Shown: one piece after another, positions 46,698 to 60,795 of the stretch
Numbering within the stretch: position 1 is the first letter of the stretch
Layout: each line of letters starts with the position of its first letter
Assembly (NCBI RefSeq): GCF_048593235.1
Contig: NC_133622.1
Coordinates: 246,144,055-246,208,054, forward strand
Reading direction: 5' to 3'
DNA from: Sminthopsis crassicaudata
Taxonomy: Eukaryota
Length of the DNA: 64,000 nucleotides
Position numbers and translations under genes: made by a program
The notes under the pieces: model-generated
Seen by the model: only the letters and a program-made list of their open reading frames with translations
Told to the model about the DNA's origin: nothing
The model's database searches: none

Positions 46698-49041
46698 AAA
46701 AATTCTTGTTAAAATTGTTTTTACATATAATTGGAAAAAATAAAAGATCATTAAAGCAAAAAACAAAAATCAGAAGTCTGATGTATATTCACCCATGACC
46801 ATGTATAACATTGGCTATTATATTGTGACATAATATAGTGGCTCTAAAAGGCAAGCAAATTATTTTTATTTGTTGAGGCTGATTAAATATCTAAAATTGT
46901 CAGAAAGCAAGAGAGAGCAGCAAACTTAGAGAAGATCACTCCTTAATATTCAATTTCCTTTCTAGAAAAGAGGAAAGGTCTGAGAGATTCCTTTTCTAGA
47001 GGGAAAGGGAGCAGAGAGGATCAAGAACTAATTGGTTCTATCCAATTTAAATATCACCATTTGTTTAGCTTTTTCATAGTCAATGGATTTTCAATCTTTT
47101 GCTGCTACAAGTGTTGCTAGAATGACTTACCTGAAATAATAGGATGCATGATAAAAGCTGTACCATAATAGAAACATTACATTGACAACAAAATAAATTC
47201 AAACATAAGTGTTAACATGTTTATAAGTGAAATTCAGTTTTTTCAGCCAGATCTTTGTGATCACATTTAAGGTTTTCTTAGTCAAAATATAGATTTGCTA
47301 TTTGCTTTTCCAGCATATTTTCTAGATTTGGAAACCAAGGCATAGAGAGTTAAGTGACTTGTCCAGGTTCACACTAGTGAGTGTATGAAGCCAGGTTTGA
47401 ACTTCAGAAGATTAATCTTCTTGACCCCAAGTCCAGTAATACATGTCCTATGGAAGTTAGCTTAACTCTCTGGAAAAAGCAAGGCAAAATGATTTGGAAT
47501 TATAAGTAATGGAAAAACCAAATGAATTAGCAAAGATTTAGAAAAAAGAAAATGGTGAATTATTTCACCTATTCATTTATTAAATGGGCCTTTAACATTA
47601 CATGATTGTTTATAATTTTTCTGTATTGCTATATGAAAAGATTTTCTAATTCACTATTGGTTAGAGAAATACAATTAAACTCCCAAATTAAACCCAAACA
47701 ATTAAACCATGTCATGTTTATCAGGTTAACTAACTAGATAGAAAAGCAAAATGACCAATGTTGAAACAGATGTGGAAAATCAAATACACTAAAGCACTGT
47801 TAGTTGAGTTATTTTCTGGTTCAAAGACCATAGGAAATAATTTGGAGCCATGCCCCAAGTTTAATGCAATTTTGCATAGCAGCATTACTTTTGGTGCTAT
47901 TTTTCAAACAGATCAATGAAAAAGAAAAGAGCTGATATATATATATATATATATATAAGTTGATAGTAACTCTTTTTGGAATGGCAAATAATTTGAAGGA
48001 ATGCCAGTCAATTGGGCATTCAGAACGAGCTGAGTAGAATCAGGAAGCAGATGATTTAGAAATGTATTATTATTTTTTTATTTTTATATTAAAAAATAAT
48101 GAGTTTTACATTCTCTCCCTTCCTCCATTCCTTCTCCTGGAAACTGAAAAGGGAAACAATATGATATCAGTTATACATATGAAACCATGGAAGATGTGTT
48201 CATAGTAGCCATTTCACAAAAAGGAAGAAATAAAAAGAAAGTGAAACGGATATAATTCGATTTGCACTTAAAAGTTTAAGTTTTTCTTTGAATGTAGATA
48301 GCAACTTTCATAATGAGTCTTAATGGAATTTTCTTGGATCATTATATTGATGAGAATAATTAAGTTTTTTACAGTTGATTATAATTGCAATATTGTTATT
48401 ATGTACAGTCATCTCATTGTTCTGTTCACTTTATTTTGCAGCAGGTCATGTAATTCTTCCATGTATTTCTGCATCCACAAACACATGCCTCAGCTTGCAA
48501 AATAATTTGGAGCCATGCCCCAAGTTTAATACAATTTTGCATAGCAGCAACATTACTTTTGGTGCTATTTTTCAAACAGATCAAATAGAATTTCTATTGA
48601 TGGGTATCCCCCCGTTTCCAATTCTTTGCCTCCATAGAAAGAGCTTCTATAGATATTTTGGTACATACAAGTATTTTTTTGTTTTCTTTGGTCTCCTTGT
48701 AGTATGGATGTATTAAAAGGAACATTAAATAATAAAATTTTAAAAAGTGAAATTGGGAATTATCAATAAATGAATTAGGAGGCAGCGAGGTGGCACAGTG
48801 GATAAACCTCTGATTGGAGAGCAGAGTCAAGACCTTCCATTTAATGGAGGAGTTCAATACAGTCTTCTCATTTCCTACCATTTGAATTGCCTTGTACTAC
48901 TCCCTCATACCCTTGTGCTAGGTTCTATCTGCCCTTCTTTGTTCCATAATTTCCTTCACAATTAAAAGAGTTCTTGGAATATAGTAGATATTCAATAAAT
49001 ACTTGTTGACTATTGACTAAGACCTGGATGAACAGAGAGAC

Positions 49042-49152
49042 TCCCAAGAGATTATATTATTATGACTGATATTTTAATGAGACTAAAGGGAGAATATGTT
49101 TCACTATGTAGTTTATAAAACAAACTTAGCCTTAACTAATTATTCTTAAGGG
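49042..49152 (+). promoter_or_regulatory. Candidate OR promoter module for OR gene 5
   Basis: TCCCAAGAG 49042-49050, TTTTAATGA 49072-49080, TAATTA-T-TCTTAAGGG 49137-49152. Confidence 0.6.
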
Positions 49153-52100
49153 ATGAGTCCGAGATTCCATGGAAACCCAGAGTATGATGATGTTTTCCAT
49201 GAATACTCTGGTGATTTCTCAACACCTTCTCCAAAAGATACTGGGCATTATATTTGACCAAGTTCTACAATGTAAGAGTCATAAAAAATTTCCAATGCCT
49301 GCAAGTTCAGAAGTTTATATTTGAATACCTTGCCATAGTTTCGAGTCTGCCTATGAGAATGGAATGAATTGGTGAGGAAAGAGATTGTCTCAAGATTATG
49401 TGTACAAAAATAGATAATCTAATGACAATAACTGGAATATAGATGCACATCAGAACAAACAACTGAGGTATTTTCATTATGATTGTGTTTCTTAGTGACT
49501 GTAAGTTTGCTCAGATGCTTCAGATGTGATCTCAAAATCATGGTGATGATCTGTCAGTGATTTTTTTATGTGCAAGGTGGTTTGGGATCCCAATGTAGAT
49601 AATATGATGAGTTGGAATTAATAGGACTTTAGTCTGAATACTCTTCTGAGCTATGCAATCTTTCAGACTTCTCTCTTTTGTACATACTTATTATATTGAA
49701 TATATTTATTTACCACCTTCTTTCTTCCATTTGGCTGTAAGTTCATTGAGATCAGGACACTCTTTGCTTTATAATTCCATTGCTTACCACAGTGTCTGGG
49801 AAATAGCTGGCACTTAATAAATGTTTGTTGACTTACTGTGATTTGACAATATTAATTTTACTCTCCCAGAGCCTCCCTAACATAACTCTAGTATGTGCAT
49901 AGTATTACATTTGTAGCTCAAAGAGTTATTATATTGTGGCTCATCAGAGATGATGTAAGTAACATACTTTGTGAACATCAAGAGTATTCTGGAAACATGA
50001 ATCATAATTATTGTTTTATTCTATGATAATATGTCCCAGTTATACCTTCCATTAAACATAAATTTATGCTACTTATCACAAGGAATGTTGGGTAAAAGAG
50101 TCAATTTCTTGTCACACTTTCTTTGCCTGTATTTTTGTTTTATGATGGAGTGCTCTAAAGGTAACTGGAAGACAAAAACATTCTGTGTGTCAGTCTAACT
50201 TCATTTCTTTCCTCCATCCCTTCATCTGTAAATTATTTTTGTTGCAAGAAAGATGAATTAGACTTTTGAACAAATTCCCTGGAAGGAGTGCTGAATTTGG
50301 AAAGAGAAGACAACTATTTAACTCTGACTTTATCATTTACAAATTGGAAAGCTTAAGAGTCAATTACTGCATGTTTCTGTTCTTCCTCTATAAATAAAGC
50401 ACTTGGATATTTCAGTACTAATGTGTTTCTGCTCCTATGATTATATTTGAAAGAGACTTTCATAAAGGGATGAATGGATTTCATTGAGGGCCTCAGCTAT
50501 TTCCCAGTATTTTCAAAAGGTGTATGTCCTTGAGTTATTTTTTCCAATGGAGGCCACTTTTGAATGGTTTGAAGTAGATGCCATATTTCCTAGTTTCTTC
50601 TGAATGGAAAATGGAAATTTGCCCATGCATGAAATGAAACAAATATTGCTCATTTTTTCAGTGAAAATTAGAATTAGGCTACTCCTGAAAAAAAACTTGA
50701 AACATTTTAAACTTGTGTTTTGTTATGTTGTCTTCTGAGCATATTAGGTCTGTGGCTTCTTTCTTACTTTTGGTTATAATGGGTGAAAGAGAAACCTGAA
50801 GAATAATACATAGTTTGTTTATATGTGTGTATTTGTGTGCATGTAAATGTGAATGTATATAAGTGTAAATGTGCTACAGTTGAATGAATACAGTTCTACT
50901 TATGTGGCAGGAGTTCTACTTATTGAATTCATGGTCACTGAGTTTTGGTTATGCTGCTGAAATGGTTGAATTATGAGTTTAAGTGCTGAGATATTTGGCC
51001 AGTTAGACACTCAATTCTGATGTTGACTTGAGAGTCCAGTTTTTGGGGAAAAGTTGGGAGAGAATGAGAACAAGAAGAGTATTTGTGGAGAAGTGGAGGG
51101 ATAATACAACTTCCTTCCTTCCTTCCATCTATCCATTCATCCATCCTCTTTCTATCTTTCTTTACATGTATACATGCACACACATATAAACATTGTTCAA
51201 ATAGAAACAACACATTTACATATGTGTAAAACACATTTATGTGTTTATAGACATATAAACATATATGTATATATCAACTGTCTCAATATCTCTATTGCTT
51301 TCTGTAGCATAAATTTATATATCTACCTATTCATTTATACACTATAATCTATCTCTCTGTGTATAGATATTTGTATTAGTATAACTATCTCTATCTTTAT
51401 TTTTATCTCTTTCTGCCTCTATCTTTCTCTATTTCTATTATCTCTACCTGTACCTTAATCTCTAGCTGTTTTGCTGATCTGCATTCAGAGACATAATTTT
51501 CATTGACTTCAGAAACAAAATCATAGTGCCATTTATATTGTTTTCCAGAGTGAATTAACTCTTGGGCTTAGTTGGGGACAGTGCAAGTTATATTTTCCAA
51601 AGTGCTAATTTTCGGGATACTGGGCCTGATCCTCAGAGAAGGCAAAAGAAGGAGATCGGTGAACACTAAGGCTGAAATGCCTAGAAAGGGGTAAAATGAC
51701 TCTAAAAAGGGGATCTCTTGAAATCCCAGTTTTATCTTCTGAACATTGAACCAGATGAAAAACTTATGCTAGTATTAGGTTAGGTCTTGTCTAATTAGGG
51801 GAAAGATGCCCTTGCAATAACAATAGGAAAAACCTTATTCTTATTTATAGCAATGATTCTCAGTGAATAAGAATAAAAAGGAACTTATTCAGATGGCACT
51901 TACCTTTGAAGGTTCAAATGTGGGCATACATTTTTAGAAAGCAGATTCACTAATGTGGATAGTTTTAGAAGTACACCTGAACAGTGATATTTTTGTCTNN
52001 NNNNNNNNNNNNNNNNNNNNNNNNNNNNNNNNNNNNNNNNNNNNNNNNNNNNNNNNNNNNNNNNNNNNNNNNNNNNNNNNNNNNNNNNNNNNNNNNNNNN

Positions 52101-53276
52101 NNNNNNNNNNNNNNNNNNNNNNNNNNNNNNNNNNNNNNNNNNNNNNNNNNNNNNNNNNNNNNNNNNNNNNNNNNNNNNNNNNNNNNNNNNNNNNNNNNNN
52201 NNNNNNNNNNNGTAGCATTCTATAGAGTGTCAGACATGAAGTCAAGAAGACTCAATTTTGTCAGTTCGAATCTAGCTTCAGACACTCACTGGTTGTATTT
52301 CCCTGGGCAACTCACATAACCTTGCTTGCTTCAGATCCTCACTGGAAAAGGAAATGGCGAACCACTCCAGCATCTTTGCCAAGCAAAATGCAAATGGGTC
52401 ATGGAGAGTTGCACACAGCTGAAAAATGACTTAACAACAATACTGAACAATCACTCTTACCACTTTCAAAGCTATTTTTGTTTTTTCCCGTAAGAAGGAA
52501 ATTGCATTTAGGGTAAGAAGAGTTGGTTTCAAGTTCTGACTTTACTACCAATGGTCTTTGTTACTTTGTTCAAAACACTAAATAGGTTTTGCCCTTGCTT
52601 TACCATCCTGTAAGATAATACTATTGATAAAATTAATTTTATATGTATTTTGAATTTTTTCACAGCAGTTTTCTGAATACAACCCTTTAAAATATGCAAT
52701 AAAAGTGTTAATCTTTTCCTCATCTTCATTTTTTTCTCTCTCTTTCACCCTCTCTCTTTCTCTCTCTAAATAGAAAGACAGAAGTAGATATATGTATAGA
52801 TATTGATTTATTTATATAGCTATAAATATAAATCTGTATATATAAATATATTTTATATATGTATTAATGTATATGTATGTGTTCAAATATGTGACTGTGT
52901 GTGTGTGAATACACAAGTATGAAATCCATTTCTACTCTTAGTGGAGATAGTCTTTTTTTAATTATCTTTATATAATGGGTAATTTCCTCTGGTCATTTTG
53001 CAGGACTAAGTATTTAAAACTGGGTTCCAGAACAATTGAACCTCTCTTAACCTCCTTATTTCTTTTCCCAGCTTAGTTTTCAGTTAGTTATGGCCTTACA
53101 TCATTACATACATTACAATAATGTAATTTTGCTTTTATTCAGGTTTAATGGGACAGAATAGCTTTGAAGTTTCATCTAAATAAGTATTTTAATTCTTCCT
53201 TCTTTTGAACACTTTTCTGTTCCCTGACACTTAAACTTTCATTTGTTTTTAGTCAAATTACAGCATATCAGCAGGG

Positions 53277-54218
53277 ATGAGCAACTTCTCAATCATCACA
53301 GAATTCTTCCTCACGGAGTTTTCCAGCACACGTGAGCTGCAGGTCTTACATGGTGCACTGTTCCTGCTGATTTACCTGGCAGCCCTTCTGGGGAACCTTC
53401 TCACCTGTGCTGCAATTATCACTGACCCACACCTTCACTGTCCTATGTATTTTTTCCTGAGTAACTTATCCCTTGTGGATATCGGCAACATCTCCGTCAC
53501 ACTTCCTAAATTTATTGTGAATTCCTTGTGTGGCATTCAGTCCCTCTCCCTCCTGGGATGTGCTGCCCAGATGTTCTTCTTTATCCTTTTTGCAGCCACA
53601 GAGTTTGCTTTACTGGTGGCCATGTCCTATGACCGCTTTGTGGCCATCTGTCAGCCCCTCCACTATGGCATCATCATGACCCCAGCACGTTGTCTCTGGG
53701 CAGCAGCTGTCTCATGGATCAGTGGGCTTCTTTATTCAGCTGTACTCACAGGGAACATGTTCCGGCTGCCCTTCTCAGGATCCAATGTGATCCACCAGTT
53801 TTTCTGTGACATCCCTCATGTCTTGAAAGTCTCAGCCTCTGATGTGTTTAAGACTGAGTTTGTGTTAATTGTATCAAGTTCATATCTTTTCTTATTCTGT
53901 TTTGCCTTTTTAATTGCATCCTATGCCCGTATCTTCTCCAGTGTGCTCAAGATTCCTTCTGTGGAAGGACGCTACAAGGCCATTTCAAACTGTTTTCCTC
54001 AGTTGATAATCCTCATGTTATTTCTCTCTTCTTCAATGATGGCAGTTTTCAGGGACACATCAGACACATCACCTATCCAAAACCTTTTAATTGCAATAGC
54101 CTATACCACACTGCCTCCCCTGTTGAACCCTTTCATCTATAGCCTGAGGAACCAGAAGGTCTCAGCTGCCATGGGCAAGATGATCAAGAGGATATTTTTT
54201 CAGAGAAAAAAATGTTAA
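53277..54218 (+). CDS. Olfactory receptor, family 14-like (OR gene 5), 313 aa, intact ORF with a divergent TM6 motif (KAISNCFPQL)
   Basis: OR motifs as above; ATG at 53277. Confidence 0.95.
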   Translation: MSNFSIITEFFLTEFSSTRELQVLHGALFLLIYLAALLGNLLTCAAIITDPHLHCPMYFFLSNLSLVDIGNISVTLPKFIVNSLCGIQSLSLLGCAAQMFFFILFAATEFALLVAMSYDRFVAICQPLHYGIIMTPARCLWAAAVSWISGLLYSAVLTGNMFRLPFSGSNVIHQFFCDIPHVLKVSASDVFKTEFVLIVSSSYLFLFCFAFLIASYARIFSSVLKIPSVEGRYKAISNCFPQLIILMLFLSSSMMAVFRDTSDTSPIQNLLIAIAYTTLPPLLNPFIYSLRNQKVSAAMGKMIKRIFFQRKKC

Positions 54219-57200
54219 TCCACGAAAACTTAAATATACTGAAGAATGTACATTTGGACTATCAAATGTGTAAGGTAACACATGAGGTAGCCTAAAACAG
54301 AGAGAAACGGCACCAAAAATAATAATACCCAAGAAAACAGCCTCTTAGATGAAATGCTACATGGAATGGAGTTAATCAATTACTTATTTTTCTTTATAAT
54401 AAATCCAACTGTAAGTGGCTATTTTCTATAGTGGAATTATCATGACACCTGCCCATTGTCTTTAGGAACCTGTGCCATCAAAAGAGTAGATGGAACATTC
54501 ATTGTTCTCCTGGGCAATGGTAGATAAGCTTAACCAAAAGTAGCTATCAGTCATGTTGTTCCCTCCCCTTTAACACATTTCTTGCCTTCTCGTTGTCATA
54601 CTTTTGTTTCTACCCATATTTATGATGGTCATGTCTTCTTCCTTCTTTGCATATTGAAGATCTATTCATTCTTCCACAATATAATCTAATCTATACAAAT
54701 ACACACACATATATATTCACATACACATGTATATGCATATATTTATACACACACATTCAAATAAGTATATATTAATTCCCTGGGAAATAAAAATCTTTTT
54801 TTCTCAATCCAATTATGAAATGTGTAGGGAGAGAGATTGGTGACTTGATGACCACTATAATTCCTTCATCTCTTGTTTGATGTCATGATTTTCCATGATA
54901 TTTTTCCTCATCCCTCAAGCTGCAAGTTATCTTTCATTACCCTTCATTTTATACATTATTTATCATTTTTACTTTTGCATTTTATTTTATTTTACATCTA
55001 AAACCACAAGTATCTTTTCTCTCCTGGTGGATTTTCTGCTCCCTTTCCAATAATATACACTTAAGTCAATTGGTACAAATAATGACTCTCTTGTGGTGAT
55101 TATGTGTATTTCAATCAGCACAATGTGAAGTTGCAATTATACAAATATACAAATTGGTTCTAGTCCAAGGAAAATATTTGATTTGAATTTAAAAAATTCA
55201 ACCACCTTAAGGGGTTCCTTATTTGTACTAATTAAGCCCTAGCCAAACTCTTGACAGCAAAGATTGTTGCATTTTTGCTTTTATATCCTTAGCACCTGAC
55301 AGTTTTAACAGTTAGTAGTTTAGCAGTTTAGTAGTTGCTTCATAAATTATTGTGTATCAATTTTGATCTTTTTGAGAACTGAAGCCTTCTTTTCTTTAAC
55401 TTTAAATTTACCTACCATCTAGTGCAACATCTCTTTATTAGGAGGGGATTTATGAAAATTTATTTCATTGATTGCTGGAGAGAGAACGAGAGAGCGAGAC
55501 AGAGACAGAGAGACACAGAGAGAAAGAGACAGAGACAGAAAGAGAGAGAGGCAAAGAGAGAGACAGAAAGAGAGACAGAGAGGGAGAAAGACAGAAATAG
55601 AGACAGAGAAAAAAAGGCAGAGATAGACAGACAGAGAAATTGTAATATGAATGGACTGATATATGGATTTACAGATTAATGGATGGACCTATAGGGAAAT
55701 AGCATTTATGAAGTGCTCATTTATTGCTTTTTTTTAGAACTAGATTTATAATGAAAGGACAAAATATAAAATTGAGGTCAGTTGTATATACCCAGAACAA
55801 TGTGGATTTGGGAGCCATTATACTGGGACATAATATGATGGTTGTGGTCTAAAAGGCAAGGAATTGTTTCAACGGTTAAGGCTGATGACAGATGAGTAAA
55901 CTGAGGAAAATAGGAAAGAGTAGACAGCAAATTTAGAGAAGATCATGCCCTAGTATCTATCTTCTCTTCCAGGAGAAAGGAAAGACCTAAGAAGGATTAG
56001 TTTCTGTCCTCTCTAGCAGGGAAGAGGGAGCAAGAAAGGATCAAGAACCAACTGGTTGTGCCCATTTAATCACCACCATTTCTTTAGCCCTTTATTACTC
56101 AATGGATTTTCAATTTTTTGCTATTAAAAAGATTCTAGAATTGACTAACATGAAATAATAGGATGCTTGGTAAATAGTAGTATGAAAATATTCTATACCT
56201 TGACAAATACAAAGAAAATCATTTACAAGACTTTTTAAATGCTGAGATTGTTATTGTTCAGGTGTTTACATCTACTATGGTTGGACTATTTCACAACTCA
56301 ACCAATGGTTCATCGGTGTCACTATTTTTCCACTTTCATTCCAGCATTTGTTATTTTGCTTTTCTATCATGCTAGTCATGTCTAGTTTATCATGCTGGTA
56401 AACATGAACAGAAGCTCAAAATTTGGAGTTTTAAGTTGCTTTTTTTAAATCAATAGTTATGTAGAATTTTTTTTTGTAAAACAATATCAATAAATGATTG
56501 AACAACAACAATTAAGTTTAATGTGTCATTTTATAAAGTAATTAAACAATTCACCATTTTCTTCTTAAAAATATTTCACTCACTTGGAGTTATAATTAAA
56601 TTGGTTGAGTTGTGAACTGGTCCAACCGTAGTAGAAAACAAGTTGGAGCTCTGCTCAAGGGTTTATACAACCACATGACCACTTCTAGAGCTATTTAACA
56701 AAGAAGACAAAGAAAAAGTAAAGGACTAAAATGTCCAAAATATTTATAACAGCTCTCTTGCAATGGTAAAGAATTAGAAATTGATAGAATGCCCATTATT
56801 TGAGGATTGGATGGACATGGACAAGTTATTGTATGTAATTATGATGGAATGCTACTGTGCTGTAAGAAATGATTAAGAGCATGTTTCAGAGAAAAAAAGA
56901 AAAAAAGACATCAACTAATGCAAAAAAGTGGAGGGAAATTTAAAATAAGTGCTATTTATTTTTAACATTAAAAAATTAAGTTCCCAATTCTATAGTGGTT
57001 ACTTAGAAAGCAAACAATGTGATATCAGTTATACTTGTGAAATCATGTAAGATGTATATCAGTTAGCTTCTAGAATTCATTTATTGTCTCTTTGGAGGCA
57101 GATAATATCTTTCATCAGGCATCTTTGTAATTTTCTTGTATTTATGAAAGTAGCTCAGTTTTCCAATGTTGGTTATCATTACAATATTAATTATATTTTG

Positions 57201-58192
57201 TACAATCATATTCTGGTTCTACTCACTTCACTTTCCAGTGGTTCATATATGTCTTTCCATGTTTTTTTCTGAAAGCATTCCCTTCACCATTTATCATAAC
57301 ATAATAGTTCTCCATTACAGCTATATGACACAGTTCATATAGTCATTTCTCAATTGATGGAAATCCCCCAAATTTCCAATTGTTTGACATGACATAAAGT
57401 GTTCTGTAAATATTTTTATATTTAAGTCTTTCTCATTTTCTCTGATCAATTTGGAGTAAAGACCTCAAAATGATGAATTTTAAATAGTAAAAAAATTAAA
57501 GTTAATTGCATATTAACCATTTAAAAAGCAACTTATCATACCCAGATAAAGAATGGATTGTGTCTAAATACAGACAGAAGCATACTTTATTTTTACTTTT
57601 TTTTCTTGAAGGTTTATTTTTTTCCAGAGGAGAAATCTTTGTTGTTGTTGTTGTTGTTGTTTTGCAACACGACTTTTATGGAAATGTTTTACACAAATTT
57701 CACATGGGCCTTATCAATGGAGTGGGTGTAGGGAAGAAGGGGAGAATCTGGAACCCAAAATTTTAAAATCAAATGTGCAAAGTTGTTTACTTGTAACTGG
57801 GAAAAATAAAAACATTTTAAAATATTAAAAAACAATTCATTGTGAAATCATATTATCCTGTGAGATTGAATAAACCATAACATTCACATTTTATTATTAG
57901 CACTTCTTTCTCTGATTAAACCCCCTGACTGGAAGGCAGAGCCATGACATCTAAAGCCTTCATTTAGTGGGGGAGACCAACACAGTATTCTCATTTACAA
58001 TAAGATGCTGTTTTCATATTTCTCACTCATCCTTTTGTGCTAGGTACTGTCTACCTTTCTTCCTCCTCTCATTTTCTTTATACTTAACAGAATGCCTGAT
58101 ATATAGTAGGCATTCAATAAATGTTTATTGACTACTGACTAAGATCCTCATGGACTGAGAGAGTCCTAATAATCTATATTTTATGGTTGATA

Positions 58193-60787
58193 CATATTTC
58201 CTCAAGAATATTTTACTTTTCCAAATACATAGAAAGAAAGTTTTCAATATTTGTGTTGGATTTTGTGCTCCAAATTATTTTCCTTTCTCTCTTATCTTTG
58301 TTTCCCTCAAGATGGCAAGCAATCTGATATATATTAATCATATAAAATCCTTTTATACATATTTCCATATTTATCATGTTATAAAAGAAAAATCAGAAAG
58401 GGAAGGGAGAAAACCATAAGAAAGAAAAAGCAAAGAACAACAATCTATGTTTCGATCCACATTCAGTATTTTTAGCTTTCCCACTGGATGTAGATGGCAT
58501 TTTCTATTCCAAGTTGTAGAGTGCCAGAACTTTGGAGAAGTGTATTTGAAACAAGGTGTTAACTCAGTGGAATTGATGAGATAATGATTCTCTAGTTCAC
58601 ATATATGCAGTATGGTATAATGATATAATCACTTTAGTTTGATATAATGATATGATCACTCTAGTTTGATATAGTGTTATAATTACTCTAGATTGGCTTA
58701 TATTCTGTATACAGAAATTATGTAATTATTATAGGGGATTTAAGGGTTGAAAGAACTGCGGATAAAGTCAGACTCAGACTGAGACTGGTCAAGACTGGCA
58801 GACTCAGACTGCTGGAGAAGACTGGGTCAGACAATGATAGATACAGACTGTGAAGGAGACAATAAAAACTTTGGACTCTATTTTTGTCCATTCTCATGGT
58901 GTCTATCCTGCTGAAAACCAAGGCTCTTCCAGAGGACCTCCAGAAAGTTAGCATTACATACACCAAGTCTATTGGAATTGTCTTGGAGAAGAGCTAAATT
59001 TAACATGATCATCATACAATATTGCTAATAATTGTGTACAATGTTCTCCTGGTTCTTCTCACTTCACTTAGCATCACTACATATAAATAAGTCTTTCCAG
59101 GTTTTTCTGAAATTGGCCTGCTCTTCATTTCTTATAGAAAATAATATTTCATTAATGAAAAAATGTAAATGAAGCTGTACCAGCCCATAACCTATATTAT
59201 AAATCAGTGGTCATCAAAACTATTTAGTACTGGCTAAGAAATAGAGTAGTGGATCAATGGAAGAGCTTCACTTCATAAACCACAATATTCAGTGACTACA
59301 GTAATCTAGTGTTTGATATACCCAGACACCAGCTTCTGGGTTAAGAACTCACTATTTAACAAAAATTGCTGGCAAAATTTTAAAATAATATGGCAGAAAC
59401 TTGGCATTGACCCACATGTAACACCCTACACCAAGAAAAGGCCAAAATCAGTTCATAATTTAGATAATAAAGAGTCAAGCAAATTAGAAAAACAAAGGAT
59501 GGTCTCTCTCTCAGATATGTGAAGAAGGAAGAAATTTGTGGCCAAAGAACTAGAGTACATTATGGAATTCAAAATGGATAATTTTGATTATGTTAAGTTA
59601 AAAAGTTTTTGTACAAATAAAACCAATGCAGACAAGTTTAGAAGGGAAGCAGTAAACTGAGGAAAATTAGGCTTCATTTCCAAAATATATGGGTAATTGA
59701 CTCAAATTTATAGAAAGACAAGCTGTTCTATAATTGATAAATCATCAAAGGATGTGAATAGGTAATTTTCAGGTGAAGAAATTAAAACCATTTGTGATCA
59801 TATGAAAAAATGCTCTAAATCACTATTGATCAGAGAAATGCAAATTAAGACAACTCTGAGGTACTACTACACACCTGTAAGATTGGCTAAGGTGACAGGA
59901 AAAGATAATGATGAAGGCTGGAGGGAATGTGGGAAAACTGGAATACCAATACATTGTTGGTAGAGTTCCGACCTGACCCAACTGTTCTGGAGAGCAAAAT
60001 GGAACTATGTCCAAAAGGCTATTAAACTGTAAATATCCTTTGATTTCAGCAGTATCTCTACTGGGTCTGTAGATATTGTAGGATCCCTTCTTGTAGGTCA
60101 AGGAACTAGAAACTGAGTGGATGCCTATCAGTTGGAAAATGGCTAAATAAGTTATCATATATGAATGTTATGAAATATTATTGCTTTATAAGAAATGATC
60201 AGCAGGATGGTTTCAGAAACTCCTGGAGAGACATGCATGAACTGATGCTAAAAAGTGAGCAGAACCAAGAACACATTGTACACAATAATAGTAAGATTAT
60301 ACAGTGATCAATTCTTATGGACATGGCTCTTTTCAACAGCGAGGTGATTGAGGCCAGTGGCAATGGCCTTGTGATGAAGAGAGTCATATGCACCCAGAGA
60401 AAGGACTATGAGGGCTGAGTGTAAATCACAACATATTTTCTTGCATCTGTTTTTGTTCTCATTTCCCCCTTTTTAATCTGATTTTTCTTGTGCAGCATGA
60501 TAATTAAAATATATAAAACATGACATATAAAACATATATTGGATTACTTGCCATTTAGGGGGAAAAGGGGAGGATAGGAGGGAGGAACAAAATTGAAACA
60601 CAAGGTTTTGCAGTGATGAATGTTGAAAACTATGCATATGTTTTGAAAATAAAAAGCTTTAAAATTAAAAAAAAAATTCTATTACATTTATATACCATAT
60701 AACTTATTCAACCATTCCCCAATGATGGATACCCACTCACTTTCCACTTCCTTGCCACTACAAAAAGAGTTGCTACACACATTGTTG
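58193..60787. mobile_element. Nested L1 block: a minus-strand L1 fragment containing a solo LTR and a plus-strand L1 ORF2/3' UTR piece (about 59160-60675)
   Basis: Interrupts the conserved promoter block, flanked by tggttgata (58184-58192) and tggctgata (60788-60796) as a probable TSD. ORF 59313..59522 is L1 ORF2-like. Confidence 0.65.
58515..58962 (+). mobile_element. Solo LTR (448 bp) with TSD CCAAGT
   Basis: TG..CA ends, CCAAGT at 58509-58514 and 58963-58968, AATAAA near 58861, three ~27-bp internal repeats. Host L1 sequence resumes across it. Confidence 0.85.
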
Positions 60788-60795
60788 TGGCTGAT

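Larger units (their letters stand above)
44760..48720. mobile_element. Old L1 remnants of the duplication unit, with a MIR/Mar1 piece at about 47260-47440
   Basis: Collinear with 20880-24300. Confidence 0.6.
13440..57800 (+). repeat. Tandem segmental duplication: four ~9-11 kb units (about 13440-24260, 24260-38800 including the ERV, 38800-48720, 48720-57800), each with one OR, plus the start of a further unit
   Basis: The same ordered landmarks recur in each unit: GAATACTCTGGTGATTTC at about 13971, 24798, 38965, 49201, 60920; MIR at 17430, 28210, 40980, 52215; purine-rich tract and L1 remnants downstream of each OR. Confidence 0.9.
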
